Below are positions 58,001-64,000 of a DNA stretch of 64,000 bases, piece by piece (within the stretch, counting starts at the first letter, position 1; every line of letters begins with the position of its first letter). This DNA comes from Vulcanimicrobiales bacterium (GTDB lineage: Bacteria > Vulcanimicrobiota > Vulcanimicrobiia > Vulcanimicrobiales > Vulcanimicrobiaceae). The position numbers and the translations under genes were made by a program. The notes beneath the pieces were generated by a model. It did not search any database. It was not told the origin of the DNA and saw nothing but the letters and a program-made list of their open reading frames with translations. The stretch lies in NCBI GenBank assembly GCA_038231455.1, contig JBBRLI010000009.1, forward strand, positions 71,159 through 135,158, in the 5' to 3' direction.

Positions 58001-58217
58001 AACGCCGACCGCAGGCTGGATCATCTTCACTTCGGGGACGCAGTTGATCGACGGGTCCACGTTGCGACTTCCCGCTTACCGGGTGACCACGCTCGATGGG
58101 ACGACCATGGAGCGCCATCCCCGCCCGGTCGATATCACGGTCGACCGCGCGGTCGGCGAGACGAGCGCCGACCGCCAACTCGACGCCGCGGTCCGCGAAC
58201 TGATGCATAAACGCTAG
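55020..58217 (+). CDS. Tricorn-type protease homologue (TolB-like beta-propellers + PDZ + S41 peptidase), secreted
   Basis: I start it at ATG 55020, which gives a signal peptide (LAALLAAVLPIASLAAPARA). PDG-type propeller repeats recur (SPDGSEIAF, SPDGKHLAY, SPDGKKLAF, SPDGKSIAF, SPDGTRLYY). The C-terminal S41 domain is present (DVRNNTGG ... LVTNEHSLSDAE). Confidence 0.8.
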   Translation: MINRRFLAALLAAVLPIASLAAPARADEAPAGLRSFAEPGISPDGSEIAFVSGGDIWTVPSGGGTARLLVADGGTASRPLYSPDGKHLAYTAQRAGVGSEITVLALDGGEAKRLTFDGGGDGNALDGWSHDSRTVYFTSSSHNISYFGDVERVDIAGGTPMNVVSEPYVHSSQAAPSPDGSGVAYKTGGFTQWWRHGRAHIDESTIAIKRGAKFERFSDGGAKDEWPMWQPDGSAIAYVSDRTGTPNLWIKSIGGAARQITHFTDGRVLFPAQSGDGKTIVFERDFGIWKTDLAGHASSVPIVLRGAPPRPGTEHLTLTRVAGAVLSPDGKKLAFTAHGQVFAGSSKDASDATRVTMTSGAESMVQWAPDSRRLVYVSDRSGSRNLYLYDFGSQAETRLTDEAASDDFPRFSPDGKSIAFFRNGTELRLLDVAAKSARLLVRGELSRAPFGDVDDVAFSSDGAWIAVTAAGPKGFTTVHVVRTSGGPERQISFLANGNAGSVSWSPDGTRLYYATSQRTEDGSLAQIDLIPRAPKFREDQFRELFTEIPSRTAPAAPRASAAPSPSPSPSAAAKKETRIVFEGIRDRLSLLPTGLDVRAARVSPDGKTLLLNAAAAGQANLYTYSIDELAKEEPVARQLTATPGLKTGAQWAPDGNSVYYQENGRIFTVAVNGQGGPRAVPALAELDVNFATEKREVFAQAWRSLDEWFYDAQFHGTDWHAVKNTYAPRVEGAQSPSELRRILSLMVGELNASHLGVSAPPGLRPDVADLAADFDPAIYASSHRLVLRDIVPLGPLSLAGGINVGDELLSVDGTAIGEHTNLDELLANRIGKRTVLGIAPHGDRANKRDIPVQPASHNAVKNLRYRTWVDGRRSYVAKASGGRLGYVHLEDMSSASLQQLYIDLDTENQTKTGVVIDVRNNTGGFIDPYVIDVFNRRDYINFASRLNKTGPERPSLGQRALDLPTVLVTNEHSLSDAENLSEGYRRSHLGKIVGTPTAGWIIFTSGTQLIDGSTLRLPAYRVTTLDGTTMERHPRPVDITVDRAVGETSADRQLDAAVRELMHKR

Positions 58218-58274
58218 GTTAAGGTCTCCTCAAGCGCCCAGGGCGCGGGCGCGGGCGGGGCGCAACCTCCGTTC

Positions 58275-59045
58275 GTGTCCACTCTTGGCGTGCGTCGTAT
58301 AACGCTGGCGCTGCTCGTCACCATCTCCGGCGCGATCGCGGCGGTCATCGCCCACCTTGCGATCGACGTGCTCGGTGATGTGCTCTTGACGCACGATGCC
58401 TACGATGCGGTCGCGCACGACTCGCGCGCCGTTGTTGTCGTGGTGGCGCTCGCTCTCCTCGCCTGCGGGCTATGTCGATTCCTCATCACGCAGGTCGGTC
58501 GTTCGCGGCTCTCGCGTCTTGCCGTTCGGGCGGAGCTTCGTGCGCTCGTACCCGTTTCGCGCGTGCAGTTTGTTCTGCTGGCGATCGTCACGACATGCGT
58601 GTTGCTCGTCGGAATGGAGGCCGCCGATACCATGGCCTCGGGCGCGTGGCCCGACGATCTGCGCGAGCTCGTCGGCGGTTCGTTCTCGCTTGGCTTGAGC
58701 GTGGTGGCCGTCTATGGGGTCGGCGTAGCAGCAATCGTCCGCGAATGTTGCGTGTGGTTCGCGCGGGCCGATTCGCTCATCGTCGCGCTTGTTCGGTTCA
58801 TCGTCGCGCTGCCGATTCGTCCGAAGGCGTTATATTATGGCGTTCATCGCACGGACGTTGTTGCTCGTCGCTCACTCGATTTCGCTCGATCCGATGGGCA
58901 GCGTGGTCCTCCGTTTTGCGCAGGATTGCTTCCGCGCTTTTTTTCGATCGTGAGGACTTCGTGTTTTCGTTTGGAACTCGCGCATGTTGCGCCGCTGCTC
59001 TTTTTTTCTCGTTCACCGAACCGGCGTGTGCCGAGCGGCAACTAG
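58275..59045 (+). CDS. Hypothetical membrane protein
   Basis: GTG start and about 4 TM helices in the first 190 aa. The last ~60 aa overlap the receptor gene start and look non-protein-like, so the 3' end is doubtful. Confidence 0.35.
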   Translation: MSTLGVRRITLALLVTISGAIAAVIAHLAIDVLGDVLLTHDAYDAVAHDSRAVVVVVALALLACGLCRFLITQVGRSRLSRLAVRAELRALVPVSRVQFVLLAIVTTCVLLVGMEAADTMASGAWPDDLRELVGGSFSLGLSVVAVYGVGVAAIVRECCVWFARADSLIVALVRFIVALPIRPKALYYGVHRTDVVARRSLDFARSDGQRGPPFCAGLLPRFFSIVRTSCFRLELAHVAPLLFFSRSPNRRVPSGN

Positions 59046-61411
59046 CGCCGTCTGCGCCAAGCGCGCGGATACTCGCCGAAACGTCGGGCGACTCGAGCGG
59101 ATCGCTCCGCGGGAGCGTTCGCAATAGTCTGGGTGAAGTCGTCAGCGGAGCCGTCGTCACGCTCACTGGCAATCGCGAACGCACGGCACGCACGGACTCG
59201 ACGGGCTCGTTTCTGTTCGTGGGACTAGCGCCGGGCTCGTATTCGATCCGCCTAGAATCACCAGAGGCGCCGTCGCCCGTTCGTATCATTGAAATCGGGT
59301 CTCGCCAAACGATCGTGTCGCTTCTCCAGGGGCGCTCATCGACGTCGCTTGTTACGATCGGTCGGGTCGGCGTGGGGAGCGGACACGTCGCCTCGAACGC
59401 ACCCGTTGAGACCCAGACCCTCGATGCGATTGCCGCGTCGGCGCGAGGTGAAACGAGCGTTGCGGAAATGCTCGAACACGACGGCCGTTCCGTGACGGTC
59501 GTCCGTTCCGCTGGAGGCAATGCATCCGCGCCCGTTGCCGTCGCGCTACGCGGTCCGGATCCGACGGAGACGCTCGTCGACGTCGATGGGCACGCACTCA
59601 ACAGCGGCGGCAGCGGTTCGTTCGATGTCTCGCTGCTCGATCCGGCCGAATTCGCAAGCGTCCAGCTCGTCTACGGGATCGCGCCGTCTTCGCTCGTCGG
59701 ACCGAACACGATCGGCGGAGTCATCAACGTGCGAACGTTGGAGCCGACCGCAAAATCGCACGGCCTGCTGCGGCTGAGTGCCGATTCGTTCGGATCGATC
59801 GGACAAACGCTTCAGTCGACAGGAACCACGCAGCGACTGGGCTACGCGTTCTCGCTGCACCGGATCACGAGCCCCGGTGAAGTGCGCGATCGGGAACTGA
59901 TCTCCCCGACAGGGACGACCTCGCATGTGGGCAGCACGATCGTCGGTGACGACGCACTAGCGAAATTGCGCTACAGCTTCGGAAATGCTGACGGGTTCTT
60001 CGCCTTCACGTTCCGCGATCAAAGCACGTATCGTGATCTCTCCGCTGCGCTGACATCGGTTGGCGGGCCGGATCTGTCATACAATAGCTTCGCCGGATCC
60101 GCACTCCAGGGGCACAACGCTGGTTACGGATTCGATGTCCAGACGCCGCTGGGATCCATCCGCGATGGCGAAGGCGCGCCGTCCATCGTCCTGTTTCGCC
60201 ACTTCACATCGCTCTCCACGCAATCCGTCGTCGGTCCGGCCACGGGGTCGTCGCCGTATCTTTTCGATACCGTCGATCGGCTCGGCGAGGACTCGCTTCA
60301 AATCGACCGAGTGTTCGCAAAAGCCGTCGTTTCGCTCAAGCTGACCGCTCGCACCGAGCAACTCGATACGCAGCAAATCACCGGGGGCGGCTCGCAGGTC
60401 GATCAATCGTACCTTCGGCGTGTTCTCAGCACCGATCCGCGATCGCCGTCCAATCCCGATCGTCTGCGTCAGGGGCAACATTCGGGCGTCGTGCGCGTCG
60501 CGGTCGACCCAAGCGCCTCGCTGCACGCGACGCTTGCGGCCTACTACAGCGATTTTTCGAGTTTCGGAACGAGTATCGATCCACGATTCGGCATCGTCTG
60601 GACGCCGTCGCTTCAAAACGCAGTGCGGTTCTCCGCGGGGTCGACGTTTCAATCACCACAACTCCCCGAACTCTACGTCCCCGCTCGCCTTCCCGCAGCG
60701 GATGCCAGCGGCGCGATCAATACCGGAAATCCGAACCTGAAGGCCGATCACGCGACGGAATTCGAACTGGGTTTCGAGCATGTCTTCGAAGCTGCGAACC
60801 CCACGCGCGTCGGCATCAATCTGTACCGAACCAATTTGCGCACACCCTCGCAGCGGCGCTATGCTGCCCCCGGTTGTGTCGGGTCGGCAGCGGCCGTATC
60901 GAGTCCCGACTGCCTGAGCTATCCAATCAATGCCGGTGGGGCGATCTATCAGGGCCTTGAAACGCACTTCGATCGGAAGATCGGCCGCGCGCTCATCACC
61001 GCGGCCTATAGCGTGAATAGCAACTATACCTCGAGTCTTTCGCCGCTCTTCCAGAACGGCACGGTCGTTCTCAACCAGCAACTCCGTGGCTCGCCGCTCC
61101 ACGCGGGCCAGATCTCGATTGAAGATGCGTCCTCTACGCGGATTGGCTACCGCGCCGCCATCCACTATGAAGACGCGTACAACGGTCTCAACCGGCCGGC
61201 ATATGCCACCCTTGCGGCCGGTCTAACGTGGCATCTCCCTGCAGCAATCGATGTCGGGCTCTTCGGGACCAATCTCACGAATGTGTATGCCGACCGATTT
61301 ACGGTTATCGGAGGTGGAAACCGCTATAACACGCTTGACGAACCGGCCCCAACCGATGCCTACGCGCTCGAAGGTCGGCGATTAAGTCTCATTGTCACGC
61401 GGCGCTTTTAG
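58961..61411 (+). CDS. TonB-dependent outer-membrane receptor with N-terminal carboxypeptidase-regulatory-like domain
   Basis: GTG 58961 lies 5 nt after a GAGG. A signal peptide is followed by a CarbopepD_reg-like domain (GSVRNSLGEVVSGAVVTLTG...TDSTGSFLFVGLAPGSYSIRL), a plug, and a barrel ending in the aromatic residue of ...IVTRRF. Confidence 0.8.
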   Translation: MFSFGTRACCAAALFFSFTEPACAERQLAPSAPSARILAETSGDSSGSLRGSVRNSLGEVVSGAVVTLTGNRERTARTDSTGSFLFVGLAPGSYSIRLESPEAPSPVRIIEIGSRQTIVSLLQGRSSTSLVTIGRVGVGSGHVASNAPVETQTLDAIAASARGETSVAEMLEHDGRSVTVVRSAGGNASAPVAVALRGPDPTETLVDVDGHALNSGGSGSFDVSLLDPAEFASVQLVYGIAPSSLVGPNTIGGVINVRTLEPTAKSHGLLRLSADSFGSIGQTLQSTGTTQRLGYAFSLHRITSPGEVRDRELISPTGTTSHVGSTIVGDDALAKLRYSFGNADGFFAFTFRDQSTYRDLSAALTSVGGPDLSYNSFAGSALQGHNAGYGFDVQTPLGSIRDGEGAPSIVLFRHFTSLSTQSVVGPATGSSPYLFDTVDRLGEDSLQIDRVFAKAVVSLKLTARTEQLDTQQITGGGSQVDQSYLRRVLSTDPRSPSNPDRLRQGQHSGVVRVAVDPSASLHATLAAYYSDFSSFGTSIDPRFGIVWTPSLQNAVRFSAGSTFQSPQLPELYVPARLPAADASGAINTGNPNLKADHATEFELGFEHVFEAANPTRVGINLYRTNLRTPSQRRYAAPGCVGSAAAVSSPDCLSYPINAGGAIYQGLETHFDRKIGRALITAAYSVNSNYTSSLSPLFQNGTVVLNQQLRGSPLHAGQISIEDASSTRIGYRAAIHYEDAYNGLNRPAYATLAAGLTWHLPAAIDVGLFGTNLTNVYADRFTVIGGGNRYNTLDEPAPTDAYALEGRRLSLIVTRRF

Positions 61412-61662
61412 ATTGGGGCTTGCCCAGTCCGGAAGCAGGGTTAGCCGATGTGCGCCGAATCGACGCCCTGGCCAGCAACACCATCGTTGACGCGGTCCAT
61501 TATAACAATTAAGCGCTTTCCTTATCATCGTGGCCGAGAAGCATGGAACGCGTTATCCACAGGGAAGGACCCGTACCCAGCTAACGTGGTACGATAGTTA
61601 CGAAGCCGTAACATCAGCCAGGTACCATCAGGGCCGATTTCGGCATTTCACTCGGAGGCACG

Positions 61663-64000
61663 ATGATTCGTGAAGTGCTCGCCGACGGTTCTATCGACCG
61701 TGGCGGTGCTTTTCAATCGATACCTCGACCCCGCGTCCAAGCGCGGCTAGCGGAAGCGTGCGCCGAACGCGTGGCGCTCATCGTGGCGCCGGCCGGTTAC
61801 GGCAAGAGCGTTGCGCTTAATGCGTACCTTGAATCGCTGCGAACGCCATACGTTCGTTACGATGTTGATGAGAGCGCGGGAAACTTAGCCGGTTTTGTCC
61901 GCGGATTTGTGGATTCGGTCGTCGATATCGCCCCGACGGCGTCTCCATCGATCGCCGAAGCGCTAAGCAGTGTCCTATCATCGCTAAAGCCTGGGGCGGA
62001 ACTCGCGCAGTGGTTTTTTTCGCATATCAAGTCGTTCGGTGGAACGTTTGTTATCGATGACTTTCACAAGAGCGGGGCCGATGCGGAGTCTGCGCGTTTT
62101 CTAGCAGCGCTAATCGATAAGACAAAGACTCGCTCGAAGTGGCTGGTCTCTAGTCGTTCAACATTAGAGTTGCCTGTCGCATCATGGTTGGCGTACGGGA
62201 CGAGCGGCATGGCAGTCGACGAGCACGACTTAGGCTTTCTTCTCGACGAAGCGCGAAACGCCGCACGCTCATTGCGGCTCGCAGTCCGTGATGAAGAGCT
62301 CGCATCACTGCTCGAATTGACGAACGGCTGGCCGACGGCGGTTATCTTTTCACTACGCTCCTCGACTCGTTCCAACGACCTTCGGAATATCGCTTCGACT
62401 ACTCGTGAGATGATCTACCGGTACCTTGCGGAGCAGGTCTATGCGACGATGTCTGAGGATTCGCGCGAATTCTTACGTGACGCGGCGCTTATTCAGCGGC
62501 TGGACGTGGACGTGTTGCACGCCATGGGATATGACCGCGCTGAGGCAATGCTCGAAGAATTGCGCCACTCCGTCGCGTTTATTTCGATCGATTCTCCAGG
62601 TAATTACCGAATTCATGATCTGTTTCGAGACTTTCTCGATTACGAATCTCGAATGCTCGGAAAAGAACGCTTACACGAGCGCCTGACGCGCGTCGCCGAC
62701 GCTCTCAATCAGATGCAACGCATCGAAGAGGCTCTCGCGCTGTACAGACGTGCCGAGGAGTGGACAAGCGTCGTTCGGCTCATCGAAACCGTTGGATTCG
62801 AGCTCTCCGCACGCGGCGGAAACGAAACCCTCGAATCGACAATCGCCGTACTGCCGAACGATCTGCGGACTAAAAATCCGACGATCGTCGGGCTTCGCGC
62901 GATGTTCGCTGCCGATCGCCAACGAATCGCAGAGGCGGAACGGCTCTTTCGAAAAGCGCTCTCCTTCGAAATCACGAACGACTTGCGCGCTCGTTTCGTG
63001 CTCTCGCTCAACACACTCTTGACGCGGACCGGTAATACGGGAGTCATACCGCTGTTGGAGGAGCTTCACGCAATCGACGACGGAAATCCGACGTTGCGGA
63101 TCGACATCGCCGGCTCACTTGCAATGAGCTATGCAATCGCAGGGCGTCAAATCGAGGCTCGCGCGATGATCGATGATTGTCTCGAACTCCTCGACGATGC
63201 TGATGACGCAGGGCGCGCACGGACGATGGCGCGGCTCAGCGTCGCGCATTTTTACTTCCTCGACTACGAACGCGTCGATCAGTTCGCGACTGAAGGAGCC
63301 GCGCTTGCGGCAGAGATCGGCCTTTTTTCAACGGCGTCCAACTGCTTTAGTTCGCTCTATGCCACAAGCTCAATGCGCGGCGACAATACCCAAGCGCTGT
63401 GGTTCGCGCATCAGATGGCGTCCTCGGCGATGAAGGCAGCGAATAAAGTGCTTCACAATCGGGCTCTTTGCTCGATCCTCGATATCGAGTCGCAACGCGG
63501 CAATGTCGAACGTACCGACGCAACGCTTAAACAGCTCTCCGAACTGTTCGGACGGGATGCGCTCAATGAACCATTCGTCGTGCTCGAGGCGCTCGCATTG
63601 CAAGCAGCTTGGAACGGTTCATTCGAACGAGGATTACAATACCTCAGCCAAAGTCTTAAACACATGTTCATCCCGGCAAAGATCGCTATGCGCCGCTCCC
63701 TCATGTCGGTCTACTGCGCGGCGCTGAGCCGTCGGGACGAGGCGATCGAACATTTGCACTACGTCTCAGATTTTGTGGAACGTTCGGCCGCGCCGCACGA
63801 CCGGCTGGGCGATTTCGCTGTTGTGCTCGCTGGGCTCGCGAACGTTCTCCTGGGTCGCGCAACGATAGCAAAGAAATTGCTCAAAGCTAGTCCGCCGCAA
63901 ACGAATGCTGGCTTCCCGTTCTGGAGGCTAGTGCTCTTACTGGCCGAGGGGACGTTAATCGACGCCGACGACCAAATCGAATCGGATTTGCGTTCCCTTT
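61663..64000 (+). CDS. MalT-like STAND NTPase regulator (N-terminal ATPase + helical/TPR-like repeats), 3' end outside the window
   Basis: It is not in the ORF track because it has no stop in the window. I translated it by hand from ATG 61663, which has a GGAGG 5 nt upstream, and found no in-frame stop up to 64000. It has a Walker A (LIVAPAGYGKS), a Walker B (FVIDDFHK), a MalT-like NGWPTAV motif, and long helical repeats. Confidence 0.7.
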   Translation, partial: MIREVLADGSIDRGGAFQSIPRPRVQARLAEACAERVALIVAPAGYGKSVALNAYLESLRTPYVRYDVDESAGNLAGFVRGFVDSVVDIAPTASPSIAEALSSVLSSLKPGAELAQWFFSHIKSFGGTFVIDDFHKSGADAESARFLAALIDKTKTRSKWLVSSRSTLELPVASWLAYGTSGMAVDEHDLGFLLDEARNAARSLRLAVRDEELASLLELTNGWPTAVIFSLRSSTRSNDLRNIASTTREMIYRYLAEQVYATMSEDSREFLRDAALIQRLDVDVLHAMGYDRAEAMLEELRHSVAFISIDSPGNYRIHDLFRDFLDYESRMLGKERLHERLTRVADALNQMQRIEEALALYRRAEEWTSVVRLIETVGFELSARGGNETLESTIAVLPNDLRTKNPTIVGLRAMFAADRQRIAEAERLFRKALSFEITNDLRARFVLSLNTLLTRTGNTGVIPLLEELHAIDDGNPTLRIDIAGSLAMSYAIAGRQIEARAMIDDCLELLDDADDAGRARTMARLSVAHFYFLDYERVDQFATEGAALAAEIGLFSTASNCFSSLYATSSMRGDNTQALWFAHQMASSAMKAANKVLHNRALCSILDIESQRGNVERTDATLKQLSELFGRDALNEPFVVLEALALQAAWNGSFERGLQYLSQSLKHMFIPAKIAMRRSLMSVYCAALSRRDEAIEHLHYVSDFVERSAAPHDRLGDFAVVLAGLANVLLGRATIAKKLLKASPPQTNAGFPFWRLVLLLAEGTLIDADDQIESDLRSL

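Overview
GC-rich bacterial chromosomal window (GC not computed). It is very tightly packed, and many adjacent genes share 4-nt start/stop or stop/stop overlaps. I saw no rRNA, no CRISPR array and no transposase or integrase. (1) 1-15.9 kb is one co-directional flagellar/chemotaxis super-operon in Firmicute/spirochaete-type order: flbD' motA motB fliM fliN/Y fliO fliP fliQ fliR flhB [GGDEF] flhA [PilZ] cheY cheC cheA cheW, then ilvE. fliL, flhF and flhG are not in the window. (2) 16-27.3 kb is housekeeping: rlmD, gatCAB, mutS2, tyrS, hslO, aroQ, hup, tRNA-Pro(GGG), rnhA. (3) 27.3-37.1 kb holds small accessory and regulatory genes: a sensor-less histidine kinase, a polysaccharide deacetylase, DUF3465, a 558-aa membrane protein, GNATs, an NRAMP-like transporter, Nudix, an RsbW-like kinase, an extended TetR, two STAS proteins and ArsR. 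(4) 37.3-41.2 kb is rpoB alone, with its own promoter-like motif and a strong terminator, no rplJL upstream and no rpoC downstream. (5) 41.3-64 kb is envelope, proteolysis and unknown-function genes: a GT4 glycosyltransferase, a double M16 peptidase, Spherulin-4, DUF2252, VanZ-like, DUF5916/CBM9-like, ABC-F, a Tricorn-type protease, a TonB-dependent receptor, and the 5' part of a MalT-like STAND regulator in a visibly AT-richer segment. The best candidates for something new are: the c-di-GMP synthase and PilZ receptor genes built into the flagellar export operon together with three sigma-28-like motifs; the orphan rpoB with basic N-terminal and ~170-aa acidic C-terminal extensions; a 30/31-bp long-range inverted repeat upstream of gatC inside a T3-rich codon-usage island; and a sigma-less partner-switching cluster. 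All calls rest on reading the supplied translations and the DNA by eye. Start codons are often uncertain, and no database search or folding was run.
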